32,000 nucleotides of DNA from Micrococcus luteus NCTC 2665 (GCF_000023205.1 NC_012803.1:780001-812000); one strand, 5' to 3'. Positions 1-9,741 are shown, counted from the first letter of the stretch. Numbers and translations are program-made. The notes: a model not told the origin generated them from the letters alone.

Positions 1-78
1 ACCGCATCGCCTCCCACCCCGCCCGAGCGTGCGCCGCAGGACGGCGACGACGCCCCGGGCCCCCGCGTCATCGGCCTC

Positions 79-1299
79 GTGGCCGACCCGGGCACCCCGT
101 GGGCGCTCGTGCGCCGCATCGCCGGGGACGTCGAGGACCGGCTCGACGAACGCCTGCCGCAGCCCGACGGCTGGCGGGTCGAGACACGGCAGGAGTCGCT
201 GCCGGTCGGTGCGACCGGGGGCATGGTCCTGGAGGAGCCGGTCCGCTCCCTCGCAGACGGGCAGGGATGGGACACGGTGGTCGCCGTCGTCGACCTGCCC
301 CGGTTCGACGACCGGCGCGGCGTGGTGGCGGACGTCGTGCCGCAGCTGCGGGTCGGCGTCGTGTGCGTGCCGGCGCTGGGGGTCATCACCCCGGCCCGCC
401 GGCTGCGGGAGACGGTGCTGCGGATCGTCGAGCACATCGACACCGCCCCCCACGTGGACCCGCCGGACGGGGAGCTGGACGTGCAGTCCTCCGACGAGTC
501 CGGCGAGGTGGAGGAGGACGGCGGCCGGTCCCCGGCGGACGAGCCCCCCGAGCCCGACACGGACGCGCTGCGGGGCATCGCCCCGCTGGGCGACGTCGAT
601 GCGGACGTGACCACGACCACCCGGATGGGCGGCGGGTCCCGGCGCACGTCCACGGTGTACGTGAAGGGCTGGACGGGCACGCTGCGCCTGCTGGCCGGGA
701 TGGTGATGGCCAACCGGCCGCTGCTCATGCCGCGGGACATGACGTTCACGATCGCCTCGGCCAGCGCGGCCGGTGCCTACGGCGTGTTCTTCGGCTCCAT
801 CTGGGTGCTCTCCAGCGTGATGTCCCCGGGGCGGCTCGCGGCGATCAGCGTGCTGTCCGTCGTGCTGCTGGTGGCGTGGCTGGTCACCACGAACGGTCTG
901 TGGACGCACGGTGCGGCCCATCGGCACAGCTCGCGGCTGGACAACCTCTCCACAGTGCTCACCGTGGGCCTGGCCTGCACCGTCGTCTACGTGCTGCTCT
1001 TCGTTACGCTGCTGCTGGTCGCGCTCATGATCATCCCCGTGGAGTACCTGGAGGAGGAGCTCGACCAGCCCAGCGGTGTGGGCGACTACGTCCGGCTCGT
1101 GTGGCTCGCGGCGTCGATGGGCACGATGGCCGGGGCCGTCGGCTCGAGCCTGGACGACTCCCACCGCATCCGGAACGCCACGTACTCCCTGCGGGAACGG
1201 CATCGGCGCTCGGAGCGGTACGAGGGCGACGAGGCCGCGGAGGGCCCGACGGCGGGGAGACGGTGTCTCGGGAATGAACGCGACCCCGCCCGGCGTTGA
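79..1299 (+). CDS. Hypothetical two-part membrane protein: N-terminal soluble domain, acidic linker, C-terminal block of about 4 TM helices. The 5' end is possibly outside the window.
   Basis: Long ORF with strong GC3 bias. The listed start at 79 is GTG, but the frame stays open back to base 1 (..[14 protein letters not shown]..), so the true start may lie upstream of the window. Hydrophobic segments include [68 protein letters not shown] and [16 protein letters not shown]. No family recognised. Confidence 0.5.
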   Translation: MADPGTPWALVRRIAGDVEDRLDERLPQPDGWRVETRQESLPVGATGGMVLEEPVRSLADGQGWDTVVAVVDLPRFDDRRGVVADVVPQLRVGVVCVPALGVITPARRLRETVLRIVEHIDTAPHVDPPDGELDVQSSDESGEVEEDGGRSPADEPPEPDTDALRGIAPLGDVDADVTTTTRMGGGSRRTSTVYVKGWTGTLRLLAGMVMANRPLLMPRDMTFTIASASAAGAYGVFFGSIWVLSSVMSPGRLAAISVLSVVLLVAWLVTTNGLWTHGAAHRHSSRLDNLSTVLTVGLACTVVYVLLFVTLLLVALMIIPVEYLEEELDQPSGVGDYVRLVWLAASMGTMAGAVGSSLDDSHRIRNATYSLRERHRRSERYEGDEAAEGPTAGRRCLGNERDPARR

Positions 1300-1480
1300 A
1301 TGTAACGAGTCAAGAAGAGTGCCCCGCGGGATCAGGCCCGCGGCCCGGCGCCCTTCAGGAAAAGTCCAGGAGCAGGCGATAGACATGAAGCGACATCCCG
1401 TCCATTCCCACGGAATCACGCGCTGGGTCGATGACCAGCCCCGTCCCCGCGCGGCCGCCCCCGACATCAAGGAGCGCAGC

Positions 1481-1786
1481 ATGCCCCTCCTCCGCCACGA
1501 GATCGGCGACGTCCTGCGCGACGTCCGGCAGCTCCAGGGCCGCACCCTGCGCGAGGTCTCGCACGACGCCCGTGTCTCGCTCGGCTACCTGTCGGAGGTG
1601 GAGCGCGGCCAGAAGGAGGCCTCCTCCGAGCTGCTGGCCTCGATCTGCCAGGCGCTGGACATCCCGCTGTCCTACCTGCTGCGGGAGGTCTCGGACCGGC
1701 TCGTGGAGCAGGAGGGCATGGTCGTCCCGGACACCCTGCCGGACGACCTCACGGACCCCAGCCTGGGCTCGCTGGCCGGCCGCTGA
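1481..1786 (+). CDS. clgR: XRE-family helix-turn-helix transcriptional regulator, ClgR-like (101 aa)
   Basis: The HTH_3-type core ([56 protein letters not shown]) matches the ClgR type. ATG at 1481 is preceded by AAGGAG at 1469-1474. The 236-aa ORF in the track (from 1076) overlaps the upstream gene and is Arg/Pro-rich junk at its N-terminus. The position just upstream of DUF3046-recA is as in other actinobacteria. An alternative start at ATG 1385 cannot be excluded. Confidence 0.7.
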   Translation: MPLLRHEIGDVLRDVRQLQGRTLREVSHDARVSLGYLSEVERGQKEASSELLASICQALDIPLSYLLREVSDRLVEQEGMVVPDTLPDDLTDPSLGSLAGR

Positions 1787-1801
1787 CCCCGCTACACCCA
1801 C

Positions 1802-1834
1802 GGCGCGGGCGCCCCGTCTCGGGGCGCCCGCGCC
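1802..1834 (+). terminator. GC-rich hairpin after the clgR-like gene (candidate intrinsic terminator)
   Basis: GGCGCGGGCGCCCC (1802-1815) pairs with GGGGCGCCCGCGCC (1821-1834), a perfect 14-bp stem around a 5-nt loop GTCTC. It starts 16 nt after the stop codon. The downstream T-tract is weak (GTCTGCGTCC), as is common for actinobacterial terminators. Confidence 0.55.
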
Positions 1835-1884
1835 GTCTGCGTCCCCGTCCCTGACCCCGCGACCGACCACAGAGAGGACCGCCC

Positions 1885-2103
1885 GTGCGCGAGAGCGAGT
1901 TCCGCCGGCTGATGGACGAGGAGTTCGGCCCCGCCCGGGCCGGCCTCGTGGCCGACTCCCTGCACCTGCCCGGCCTGGACACCACTGCGACGGCGGCGCT
2001 TGCCGCCGGTGTGGACCCGCGGCGGGTCTGGCTGGCGGTCTGCGACCTGCATGAGATCCCGCAGGAGCGGCGTCTCGGCCGGGACGTGCCGCCGAAACGC
2101 TGA
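1885..2103 (+). CDS. DUF3046-family small protein (72 aa) conserved upstream of actinobacterial recA
   Basis: GTG start at 1885 preceded by AGAGAGGA (1871-1878). The sequence MRESEFRRLMDEEFGPARAGLVADSLHLPGL...VWLAVCDLHEIP looks like the DUF3046 family found next to recA (Rv2738c-like). Good GC3. Confidence 0.7.
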   Translation: MRESEFRRLMDEEFGPARAGLVADSLHLPGLDTTATAALAAGVDPRRVWLAVCDLHEIPQERRLGRDVPPKR

Positions 2104-2135
2104 CGCCGCGACGCGCTGGCGGGGCACCGCCCCTG

Positions 2136-2153
2136 TTCGAACACGTGTTCGAA
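2136..2153. promoter_or_regulatory. LexA operator (Cheo/SOS box) of recA, with a candidate distal -10 TAGAGT at 2162-2167
   Basis: TTCGAACACGTGTTCGAA is a perfect 18-bp palindrome containing the Gram-positive/actinobacterial LexA consensus TCGAAC-N4-GTTCGA. It lies 161 nt upstream of the recA ATG. TAGAGT follows 8 nt downstream. Confidence 0.85.
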
Positions 2154-2225
2154 GAATGCGGTAGAGTCCTGCACAGCAGTGCGACGGGGTGATCTCGTGC
2201 ACAGGCGGGGCCGGCCACGCTTATC

Positions 2226-2248
2226 GTGTCCGCCGCCCCCCGTAGATT
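2226..2248 (+). promoter_or_regulatory. Candidate proximal recA promoter of RecA-NDp (PafBC-type) architecture
   Basis: gTGTCcGcc (2226-2234), then exactly 8 nt, then TAGATT (2243-2248). Compare the published actinobacterial RecA-NDp motif tTGTCRgtg-N8-TAnnnT: the TGTC core and the spacing match, and 5 of 9 upstream positions match. The predicted TSS near 2255-2257 would give a recA 5' UTR of about 58 nt. Confidence 0.35.
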
Positions 2249-2313
2249 CACGGACATGACCGAGGCGGGCGCTCCAGCGCCCGCGGCAGCACCACCAGAG
2301 CTAGGGGTGAAGG

Positions 2314-3378
2314 ATGAGCAAGGTGACGGATCGCGAGAAGGCCCTCGAGGCCGCTCTCGCCCAGATCGACAAGCAGTTCGGCAAGGGTTCCGTCATGCGG
2401 CTGGGGGACCAGACCCAGGCACCCGTCGAGGTCATCCCCACGGGCTCGGTGGCCATGGACGTGGCCCTGGGCATCGGCGGCCTGCCGCGCGGCCGCGTGG
2501 TGGAGATCTACGGCCCGGAGTCCTCGGGCAAGACCACCCTGGCCCTGCATGCGGTGGCCAACGCGCAGCGCAACGGCGGCATCGCGGCCTTCATCGATGC
2601 GGAGCACGCCCTGGACCCGGTCTATGCCCGCAAGCTCGGGGTGGACACGGACGCCCTGCTGGTCAGCCAGCCGGACACCGGCGAGCAGGCCCTGGAGATC
2701 ATGGACATGCTCGTCTCCTCGGGCACCCTGGACATCGTCGTCATCGACTCCGTGGCCGCGCTGACCCCGCGCGCCGAGATCGAGGGCGAGATGGGCGACT
2801 CCCACGTCGGCCTGCAGGCCCGCCTCATGTCCCAGGCGCTGCGCAAGGTGACCGGCCGCCTGCACCAGACCAAGACCACGGCCATCTTCATCAACCAGCT
2901 GCGCGAGAAGATCGGCGTGTTCTTCGGCTCCCCGGAGACCACCACGGGTGGCAAGGCGCTCAAGTTCTACGCGTCCGTGCGCATCGACGTCCGCCGCATC
3001 GAGACCCTCAAGGAGGCCGGCAACCCCGTCGGCAACCGCACCCGCGTGAAGATCGTCAAGAACAAGATGGCCCCTCCCTTCAAGCAGGCCGAGTTCGACA
3101 TCCTCTACGGGGTCGGCATCTCCCGCGAGGGCGGCCTGATCGACATGGGTGTCGAGGAGGGCATCGTCAAGAAGTCCGGCGCGTGGTTCACCTATGACGG
3201 GGACCAGCTCGGGCAGGGCAAGGAGAACGCCCGTCGCTTCCTCAAGGACAACCCGGACCTCGCCAACGAGATCGAGCAGCGCATCCTCACGAAGCTCGGC
3301 ATCGGCGTGGCCTCGGAGGCCGAGGACGACGAGGCCCCGGCCCTGACCGCGGTTCCGGGGGACACCGCGGCCGGATGA
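2314..3378 (+). CDS. recA: Recombinase RecA (354 aa, no intein)
   Basis: Unmistakable RecA sequence: [16 protein letters not shown] (Walker A), [10 protein letters not shown] (Walker B), [37 protein letters not shown]. Confidence 0.98.
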   Translation: MSKVTDREKALEAALAQIDKQFGKGSVMRLGDQTQAPVEVIPTGSVAMDVALGIGGLPRGRVVEIYGPESSGKTTLALHAVANAQRNGGIAAFIDAEHALDPVYARKLGVDTDALLVSQPDTGEQALEIMDMLVSSGTLDIVVIDSVAALTPRAEIEGEMGDSHVGLQARLMSQALRKVTGRLHQTKTTAIFINQLREKIGVFFGSPETTTGGKALKFYASVRIDVRRIETLKEAGNPVGNRTRVKIVKNKMAPPFKQAEFDILYGVGISREGGLIDMGVEEGIVKKSGAWFTYDGDQLGQGKENARRFLKDNPDLANEIEQRILTKLGIGVASEAEDDEAPALTAVPGDTAAG

Positions 3379-4391
3379 CCCGATCGCGCAGGAACGTCGG
3401 AGGCGGGGCCGCCCACCGGTCGGAGACGACCGGCCGGAGCGGCTCCGCCTCCGGTGCGTCCGCGTTCGACGACGCCCGGGACTCGGACGTGGGCCGGATG
3501 TGGCTCGACCTGGCCGGCGCTCCGGAGCCGACGTCGTCCGACGTGGACGCCTCGGATGCCGCGCGGGACGCCGCGCCCGCACACGACGCCGAAGCCCCCG
3601 CGGAGGACGTCCCGGACCCCGCACCCGGAGCGGCACCGGATCTCGGGGCCCTGTTGACCCGCGCGAGCGACCTGCCCAGCCCCGCGCCCGGCGCAGGGCC
3701 CCGTGCGCTGCCCTGGTCCGGGCGCGAGGACACCCGGGCGGACACCGAGCGCCGGGGCCGACAGCGGGCCACCACGTCCCCGCGGCGTGGCCGTCCTCGC
3801 GACGAGGGCCGCCCGGCCGTGGATCCCCGCCCCGCCGTCGAGACCGACCGCCCCCGACGTCGCCCCGGCCCGGCGCCCCTGCCGACCGCACCGCGCGAGC
3901 GCGAGGAAGCAGCACGCGAGGTCGTCCTGCGCCAGCTCGCCCTGGGCCCGCGCTCCCGCGGCCAGCTCGAACGCAAGCTCGCCGAGCGCCAGGCCGAGCC
4001 CGAGCTGATCGAGCGCGTCCTCGACCGCTTCGAGGAGGTGCGGCTCGTGGACGACGCCGCCTTCGCCGAGGTCTGGGTCCGCAGCCGTCATCGAAGCAAG
4101 GGCCTGGCCCGCCGCGCCCTCGGGCACGAGCTCCAGCAGAAGGGCGTGGACCGGGAGATCGCCGCCGAGGCGCTCGAGGCCATCGACGGCGAGGACGAAC
4201 GGACCGCCGCCCTCGACCTCGTGCGCCGACGGCTGCGGGGCCGCACCGTCCCCGGCGGTGCGTCGCCGGAGGCCCGGGCCGAGCGGGACAAGGTGACCCG
4301 CCGCCTCGTCGGCATGCTGGGACGCAAGGGCTACGGCGGCGGCCTCGCGTTCGCCGTCGTGAAGGAGGTCCTCGCCGAGCACGAGGAGTGA
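3375..4391 (+). CDS. recX: Recombination regulator RecX with an N-terminal low-complexity extension of about 170 aa
   Basis: The C-terminal roughly 165 aa ([79 protein letters not shown]...) is the typical RecX three-repeat helical fold. ATG at 3375 overlaps the recA stop (ATGA). The N-terminal Ala/Pro/Asp/Arg-rich part keeps high GC3, so it is probably translated. An alternative start at ATG 3498 is possible. Confidence 0.85.
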   Translation: MTRSRRNVGGGAAHRSETTGRSGSASGASAFDDARDSDVGRMWLDLAGAPEPTSSDVDASDAARDAAPAHDAEAPAEDVPDPAPGAAPDLGALLTRASDLPSPAPGAGPRALPWSGREDTRADTERRGRQRATTSPRRGRPRDEGRPAVDPRPAVETDRPRRRPGPAPLPTAPREREEAAREVVLRQLALGPRSRGQLERKLAERQAEPELIERVLDRFEEVRLVDDAAFAEVWVRSRHRSKGLARRALGHELQQKGVDREIAAEALEAIDGEDERTAALDLVRRRLRGRTVPGGASPEARAERDKVTRRLVGMLGRKGYGGGLAFAVVKEVLAEHEE

Positions 4392-4418
4392 GCGGACCCG
4401 GGCCGCGCCCGGAGTTCC

Positions 4419-4424
4419 TAGAAT
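4419..4424 (+). promoter_or_regulatory. -10 hexamer TAGAAT placed 6 nt before the miaB GTG (leaderless-type promoter)
   Basis: TAGAAT-GGTGCG-GTG(4431). There is no Shine-Dalgarno sequence between them. The same geometry recurs at several other genes in the window. Confidence 0.4.
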
Positions 4425-4430
4425 GGTGCG

Positions 4431-5978
4431 GTGACTCTGACGGACCCCACCCCCCGCACCACCCCGCTCGCGCAGGACGGCGCCGCCGCGCGCCCGCACG
4501 AGGGTCTGACCTATGAGGTCCGCACCTTCGGCTGCCAGATGAACGTGCACGACTCCGAGCGCATCTCCGGCTTGCTCGAGTCCACCGGCTACGCCCCGGT
4601 CGCCGATAACGCCCAGGCCGACCTCGTGGTCTTCAACACGTGCGCGGTCCGCGAGAACGCGGACAACCGCCTGTACGGCAACCTCGGCAACCTGCGCGCG
4701 GTGAAGGACGCACACCCGGGCATGCAGATCGCCGTCGGCGGGTGCCTCGCCCAGAAGGACCAGGCCGCCATCCAGCGCCGGGCCCCCTGGGTGGACGTCG
4801 TCTTCGGCACCCACAACATCGGCTCCCTGCCCGTGCTGCTGGAGCGCTCCCGCCACAACGCCGAGGCCGAGATCGAGATCCTCGAGTCGCTCGAGGTGTT
4901 CCCCTCCACCCTGCCCACCAAGCGCGACTCCACCCACTCCGGCTGGGTGTCCATCTCCGTGGGCTGCAACAACACGTGCACGTTCTGCATCGTCCCGTCG
5001 CTGCGCGGCAAGGAGAAGGACCGCCGACCCGGGGAGATCCTCGCCGAGGTGCAGGCGCTCGTCGGCGCCGGCGCCGTCGAGGTCACGCTGCTGGGCCAGA
5101 ACGTGAACACCTACGGCGTCGAGTTCGGCGACCGCGGCGCGTTCGCCAAGCTGCTGCGCGCGTGCGGGGAGATCGAGGGCCTCGAACGCGTCCGCTTCAC
5201 CAGCCCCCACCCGGCCGCGTTCACGGACGACGTCATCGACGCGATGGCCGAGACCCCCAACGTCATGCCGCAGCTGCACATGCCCCTGCAGTCGGGCTCG
5301 GACAAGGTGCTCAAGGACATGCGCCGCTCCTACCGGTCCGCGAAGTTCCTGCGGATCCTGGAGAAGGTCCGCGAGCGCATCCCGCACGCCGCCATCACCA
5401 CGGACATCATCGTCGGCTTCCCCGGGGAGACCGAGGAGGACTTCGCAGAGACGATGCGCGTGGTCGAGGCCTCCCGCTTCTCCTCCGCGTTCACCTTCCA
5501 GTACTCCATCCGTCCGGGGACCCCGGCCGGGGAGATGGAGCACCAGGTGCCCAAGGCCGTCGTCCAGGAGCGCTTCGAGCGCCTCGTGGCCCTGCAGGAC
5601 CGGATCTCGGCCGAGGAGATGGCCACGCTCGTCGGCACCCGCCAGGAGCTGCTCGTCACCGCCGACTCCGGCTCCAAGGCCGCGGAGCGCGGCCGCCTGT
5701 CCGGGCGCGCACCCGACAACCGGCTCGTGCACTTCTCCGTGCCCGCCGGCGCCGAGACGCCCCGCCCCGGCGACTTCGTGACCGTGACGGTCACCGAGGC
5801 CCACCCGTTCTTCGCCGTCGCCGACCCGACCGCACAGGACTACGTCCTGCGCCGCTCCCGTGCCGGCGACGCGTGGGACCGCGCCCAGGCCGAGTCGTGC
5901 GGCGCGCCGGCCCCCGGCACGGCGGGCGGCTCCGGGGCCACGAGCCTCGGCATGCCGACCCTGCGCCCGCGGTCCTGA
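4431..5978 (+). CDS. miaB: tRNA-2-methylthio-N6-dimethylallyladenosine synthase MiaB (radical SAM methylthiotransferase)
   Basis: [22 protein letters not shown] (UPF0004 domain Cys), [13 protein letters not shown] (CxxxCxxC radical-SAM motif) and a C-terminal TRAM-like region. Conserved position after recX. Confidence 0.95.
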   Translation: MTLTDPTPRTTPLAQDGAAARPHEGLTYEVRTFGCQMNVHDSERISGLLESTGYAPVADNAQADLVVFNTCAVRENADNRLYGNLGNLRAVKDAHPGMQIAVGGCLAQKDQAAIQRRAPWVDVVFGTHNIGSLPVLLERSRHNAEAEIEILESLEVFPSTLPTKRDSTHSGWVSISVGCNNTCTFCIVPSLRGKEKDRRPGEILAEVQALVGAGAVEVTLLGQNVNTYGVEFGDRGAFAKLLRACGEIEGLERVRFTSPHPAAFTDDVIDAMAETPNVMPQLHMPLQSGSDKVLKDMRRSYRSAKFLRILEKVRERIPHAAITTDIIVGFPGETEEDFAETMRVVEASRFSSAFTFQYSIRPGTPAGEMEHQVPKAVVQERFERLVALQDRISAEEMATLVGTRQELLVTADSGSKAAERGRLSGRAPDNRLVHFSVPAGAETPRPGDFVTVTVTEAHPFFAVADPTAQDYVLRRSRAGDAWDRAQAESCGAPAPGTAGGSGATSLGMPTLRPRS

Positions 5979-6916
5979 TGTCCACCGCCGCGGCCCGCCC
6001 GCCCGTCGTCGCCGTCGTCGGGGCGACGGCGACGGGCAAGTCCGCCCTCGCCGTCGCCCTGGCGCACGCGCTGGACGGCGAGGTGGTCAACGGTGACGCC
6101 CTGCAGTTCTACCGGGGGATGGACGTGGGCACGGCGAAGGTCACCCAGGCTGAACGCGAGGGCGTCCCGCACCACCTGCTGGACGTGCTGGACGTCGGCC
6201 AGGAGGCCTCGGTGGCGGCCTTCCAGTCCGCGGCCCGAGACCTGTTCGACCAGATCCGCGCGCGGGGTCGGACCCCGATCCTCGTGGGCGGCTCCGGGCT
6301 GTACGTGCGGGCGGCGCTGGACGTGCTCGAGTTCCCGCCCACGGACCCGGCGCTGCGGGCCGAGCTGGAGGCTCGCGTGCGGCGGGAGGGCCTGGCCGGG
6401 CTGAGGGCCGAGCTGGCCGCCCTGGACCCGGTCGCGGCGGAGCGGCTGCAAGACCCCCGGCGCATCGTGCGCGCGCTGGAGGTGTGCCGGCTGACGGGCC
6501 GCCCGTTCTCCGCGTTCATGCCGGAGCGCACATACGCCCCGGAGGTCGCCCCCGTGGTGCAGCTCGGCCTGCGCCTGGACCGGGCCGAGCTGCACCAGCG
6601 GATCGCCGCCCGGGTGGAGCGCATGCTGGCCGAGGGTCTGCTGGACGAGGTCCGCCGCCTCGACGTCCCCGGGCCGGACGGGCTGCGGCAGGGACCGACC
6701 GCGTCCCGCGCGATCGGCTACGCCCAGATGCTCGCCGTCCTCGACGGCGAGCTCACCGAGGCGGAGGCGGCCGAGCAGACCGTCGTGGCGACGCGCCGGT
6801 TCGCCCGCCGCCAGGAGACCTGGTTCCGGGCCGACCCGCGCGTCGTCTGGCTCGACGCGCAGGGCGAGGACGTCGTGGCGGAGGCGCTCGCCGTCGTCGC
6901 CGGGGGCGCCACCTAG
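5978..6916 (+). CDS. miaA: tRNA dimethylallyltransferase MiaA (312 aa)
   Basis: [29 protein letters not shown] (P-loop), then [37 protein letters not shown] at 5978 overlaps the miaB stop (TGATG). The 758-aa ORF 4640-6916 in the track is this gene plus an out-of-frame read-through of miaB. Confidence 0.93.
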   Translation: MSTAAARPPVVAVVGATATGKSALAVALAHALDGEVVNGDALQFYRGMDVGTAKVTQAEREGVPHHLLDVLDVGQEASVAAFQSAARDLFDQIRARGRTPILVGGSGLYVRAALDVLEFPPTDPALRAELEARVRREGLAGLRAELAALDPVAAERLQDPRRIVRALEVCRLTGRPFSAFMPERTYAPEVAPVVQLGLRLDRAELHQRIAARVERMLAEGLLDEVRRLDVPGPDGLRQGPTASRAIGYAQMLAVLDGELTEAEAAEQTVVATRRFARRQETWFRADPRVVWLDAQGEDVVAEALAVVAGGAT

Positions 6917-6919
6917 ACT
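6914..6919 (+). promoter_or_regulatory. -10 hexamer TAGACT 6 nt before the dapF ATG (leaderless-type promoter)
   Basis: TAGACT-GGGCCC-ATG(6926). The hexamer overlaps the miaA stop codon TAG. No SD sequence is present. Confidence 0.35.
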
Positions 6920-6925
6920 GGGCCC

Positions 6926-7879
6926 ATGACCGAGCAGCCCGCGGCGCCCGCCGCCCAGGACCCCCTCCACGCGAGCGCGCCGCGCGTGCCGTTCACGAAG
7001 GGCCATGGCACGGGCAACGACTTCGTGCTGATCGCCGACCCGGACGGCAACACGCAGCTCGACGCCCAGCACGTCGCGCGGCTGGCTGACCGGCACCGGG
7101 GGATCGGCGCCGACGGCGTCATCCGCGCCGTGCGCTCGGCGCGCCTGCCGGAGGGTGAGGCGCTGCTCGCCGAGCACCCCGAGGCCGAGTGGTTCATGGA
7201 CTACCGCAACGGCGACGGCTCGATCGCCGAGATGTGCGGCAACGGGGTGCGCGTCTTCGTGCACTTCCTGGTCGAGAAGGGCCTCGTGGACCTGGCGCCC
7301 GGCCAGGCGATCACCATCGGCACGCGCGCCGGTGTGAAGGCCGTGACCCGGCTCGAGCACGGCTACGCGATCGACATGGGCCCCTGGTGCTACCTCGACC
7401 CCGAGCTGGCGGAGGAGGCGGCGTCGGACTCGATGGTCCGCGCCCACGGCCTCACCGATCCGCGTCCGGCGTTGAGCGTGTCGATGGGCAATCCCCACAC
7501 CGTGGTCCCGCTGGCCTCCTTCGCCGACCTCCAGGGACTGGACCTGGGCCGTGCCCCCGAGGTGGACCCGGCTCCGCCGCACGGCACGAACGTCGAGTTC
7601 GTGGCCGCGCACGAGCCGCTCGTGCGCGAGGGCGTCGGCCGCGTGCGGATGCGCGTGCACGAGCGCGGGGTGGGCGAGACCCAGTCCTGCGGGACGGGCG
7701 CGTGCGCGGTGGCCGTGGCGATGCGCGCATGGGCGGGCGACCAGGGCACCGACTCGTGGCTCGTCGAGGTGCCGGGCGGCGTGCTGGCTGTCGACGTCGT
7801 GCCGGGCCCGGAGGGGGCCGAGCACGTGGTCCTCTCGGGTCCGGCCGAGCTGGTCTTCGACGGCGAACTCACCGCCTGA
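6926..7879 (+). CDS. dapF: Diaminopimelate epimerase DapF
   Basis: FTKGHGTGNDFVLI, EMCGNGVRVF (first catalytic Cys), SMGNPHTV, ERGVGETQSCGTGACA (second catalytic Cys). Confidence 0.93.
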   Translation: MTEQPAAPAAQDPLHASAPRVPFTKGHGTGNDFVLIADPDGNTQLDAQHVARLADRHRGIGADGVIRAVRSARLPEGEALLAEHPEAEWFMDYRNGDGSIAEMCGNGVRVFVHFLVEKGLVDLAPGQAITIGTRAGVKAVTRLEHGYAIDMGPWCYLDPELAEEAASDSMVRAHGLTDPRPALSVSMGNPHTVVPLASFADLQGLDLGRAPEVDPAPPHGTNVEFVAAHEPLVREGVGRVRMRVHERGVGETQSCGTGACAVAVAMRAWAGDQGTDSWLVEVPGGVLAVDVVPGPEGAEHVVLSGPAELVFDGELTA

Positions 7880-7904
7880 CCGCTTTCGTTCGGGAAACGG
7901 CGCC

Positions 7905-8540
7905 TCAGCGCGCCCGCGCCACCCGCAGGATCCGGAAGCCCTTGACGCTGTCCGCCCGCTCCGCGGTGAACCGGCCGGGCGCGCGCTCCTCGAGCATCCG
8001 GCCGATCCACGGCAGCAGCGAGTCCGCGCCGAGGTTCTTCTGCACCACCAGCCAGGCCTCGCCGCCGGGGGCCAGGCGTGGCAGCCACCGCTCCAGCAGG
8101 GCGTGCAGCGCCGGCTTGCCGATCCGGATGGGCGGGTTGGACCAGATGAGGTCGAACTCCGCGCCCTCGGGGACGTCCTCCGGCCGCAGTGCCACGACAT
8201 TGCCGAGGCCCAGCGCCGCGGCGTTGTCGCGGGTCAGCTGCAGGGAGCGGTCGTTGACCTCGACGGCGGTCACCTCCGCCTCGGGCGACCGCAACGCCAG
8301 CGTGAGGGCGATCGGTCCCCAGCCCGCGCCGACGTCGAGGAACCGGCCCGTCGCCGGCGGCGCGGGCACCGCCGAGAACAGGGCCGCGGTGCCCTTGTCC
8401 AGACCGTCCGGGGAGAAGATCCCGTTGGCCGTCTGGACCTCGACGTCGCGGCCGGCCAGGCGTGTCCGCAGGGTGCGGCGCCGCTCGGGCGCGGAGGGGT
8501 CGGCGTCGAAGTAGTGGGATGCGGAGCTCACGGCGACCAT
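7905..8540 (-). CDS. Class I SAM-dependent methyltransferase, RsmC/RlmG-like small-domain type (211 aa)
   Basis: HYFDADP...ANGIFSPDGLDKGTAAL, FLDVGAGWGPIAL (SAM motif I), LIWSNPPIRIGK (NPPx motif of N-methyltransferases). The start is set at ATG 8540. The 49 codons upstream in the track ORF are Arg/Pro-rich and overlap the upstream gene. Confidence 0.8.
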   Translation of the reverse strand: MVAVSSASHYFDADPSAPERRRTLRTRLAGRDVEVQTANGIFSPDGLDKGTAALFSAVPAPPATGRFLDVGAGWGPIALTLALRSPEAEVTAVEVNDRSLQLTRDNAAALGLGNVVALRPEDVPEGAEFDLIWSNPPIRIGKPALHALLERWLPRLAPGGEAWLVVQKNLGADSLLPWIGRMLEERAPGRFTAERADSVKGFRILRVARAR

Positions 8541-8565
8541 GGTAGCCAGCGGGTCGTCGCAGCCC

Positions 8566-9729
8566 TCAGCCCGACGCCGGCCCGGCCAGGTCCGCGAGGA
8601 TCGCGCGCACGGCGTCGCGCCCGGCGCGGTTGGCCCCGACCGTGGACTGGGAGGGGCCGTAGCCGAGGAGGAACAGGCGCGGCTCATCCAGGGCGCGCCC
8701 GCCCGCCACGCGGATGCCGCCGGCGGGCGTGCGCAGCCGCAGGGGAGCGAGGTGCCGGATCGCCGGCCGGAAGCCGGTGGCCCAGAGGATCACGTCCGCC
8801 GGTTCGAACGAGCCGTCGGGCATCCGCACCCCGTCCGGCTCGACGGCCGTGAACATGGGGTGGCGCACCAGTACGCCTCGTGACTCGGCCTCGCGCACCC
8901 AGGGTGAGCGGTGCATCCCGGTCGCCACGACCACGGAGCCCGGCGGCAGGCCCGCACGGGTCCGTTCGTCCACCCCGCGCACCGACTCGGCCAGGGCGCC
9001 GGGCGCGGCCGAGTCCTGCCACCGCGGCTCGCGGCGGGTCACCCACAGGGTGTCCGCGACCGTGGAGATCTCGGCCAGCAGCTGCGTCGCCGAGACGCCC
9101 ATGCCCACGATCACCACCCGCTGCCCGGCGAACTCGTCCTTGGACACGTAGTCACGGGTGTGCAGCTGCTGGCCGCGGAACGAGCGCATCCCGGGCACCG
9201 AGGGCCACCGCGGAGACGTCCAGGTGCCGGTCGCGTTGACCACGAAGTCCGCCCGCCACGTGCCCGGCGCCCCGTCCGCGCGGACGAAGAACCCGCGCGC
9301 ACGTCCCGGCTCGCCGATCCGCTCGACGCGCCTCACACGCACGGGCCGCCGGATCGGCAGGGCGAACCGTGCCTCGTAGTCGGCGAAGTAGGCCGGCAGC
9401 AGGGCGTTGGCGCGCGCGGCCGGGTCGGCCGGCGGCACCGGGTCACCGGGCAGCTCGTGGATGTGGTTGACGGTGGCCATCGTGAGCGAGTCCCAGCGGT
9501 GCTTCCACGCGCCGCCCGGGGCGGTCTCCGCGTCGAGCACCACGAACGTGCCGGGGGCGTCCTCGGGAACGCCGGCGGCGCCGTCGTCGTCGGGAGACAG
9601 CCCCACGAAACCGCGGCGGTGCAGGTGGTAGGCGGCGGACAGGCCCGCCTGGCCCGCGCCGATCACGACGACGGTCGCCCGGCCCGTCCGACCGGGCTGC
9701 GGCGGGGCGGGGGAGGGGAACGCGGTCAT
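8566..9729 (-). CDS. FAD/NAD(P)-binding oxidoreductase, flavin-monooxygenase-like (COG2072-type, 387 aa)
   Basis: VVVIGAGQAGLSAAYHL (first GxGxxG), VVIVGMGVSATQLL (second dinucleotide motif), ILWATGFRP (ATG motif). The start is set at ATG 9729 (MTAFPSPAP..). The extension to 10041 has junk composition. The gene ends 25 nt before the methyltransferase start, so the two probably form one operon. Confidence 0.75.
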   Translation of the reverse strand: MTAFPSPAPPQPGRTGRATVVVIGAGQAGLSAAYHLHRRGFVGLSPDDDGAAGVPEDAPGTFVVLDAETAPGGAWKHRWDSLTMATVNHIHELPGDPVPPADPAARANALLPAYFADYEARFALPIRRPVRVRRVERIGEPGRARGFFVRADGAPGTWRADFVVNATGTWTSPRWPSVPGMRSFRGQQLHTRDYVSKDEFAGQRVVIVGMGVSATQLLAEISTVADTLWVTRREPRWQDSAAPGALAESVRGVDERTRAGLPPGSVVVATGMHRSPWVREAESRGVLVRHPMFTAVEPDGVRMPDGSFEPADVILWATGFRPAIRHLAPLRLRTPAGGIRVAGGRALDEPRLFLLGYGPSQSTVGANRAGRDAVRAILADLAGPASG

Positions 9730-9735
9730 GCCCGC

Positions 9736-9741
9736 AGGATA
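9736..9741 (-). promoter_or_regulatory. -10 hexamer TATCCT 6 nt before the oxidoreductase ATG (leaderless-type)
   Basis: On the minus strand: TATCCT-GCGGGC-ATG(9729). There is no SD sequence. Confidence 0.35.

Noticed and set aside
1076-1480. N-terminal 135-codon extension of the clgR-like ORF, and ORFs 1355-2257 (-) and 1431-2054 (+)
   Set aside because: The extension overlaps the preceding gene and is Arg/Pro-rich. A good SD plus ATG at 1481 gives a protein of typical ClgR size. The other ORFs are shadows across the clgR/DUF3046 region.
2248-5804. Very long minus-strand ORFs antisense to recA/recX/miaB (2248-3915, 555 aa; 3192-5804, 870 aa; 3287-3976)
   Set aside because: Their composition is dominated by Arg/Gly/Pro/Ala with no recognisable motifs. 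They lie antisense or out of frame to genes with unmistakable homology. Open frames of this length are expected by chance in DNA with over 70% G+C, because stop codons are AT-rich.
4640-6916. Single 758-aa ORF spanning miaB and miaA
   Set aside because: Only the part from ATG 5978 ([22 protein letters not shown]..) is MiaA. The upstream 446 codons are an alternative frame of miaB with junk composition.
7881-7901. Short hairpin CCGCTTTC-GTTCGG-GAAACGG between convergent dapF and the methyltransferase
   Set aside because: The stem is only about 7 bp with a bulge, too weak to call a terminator with any confidence.
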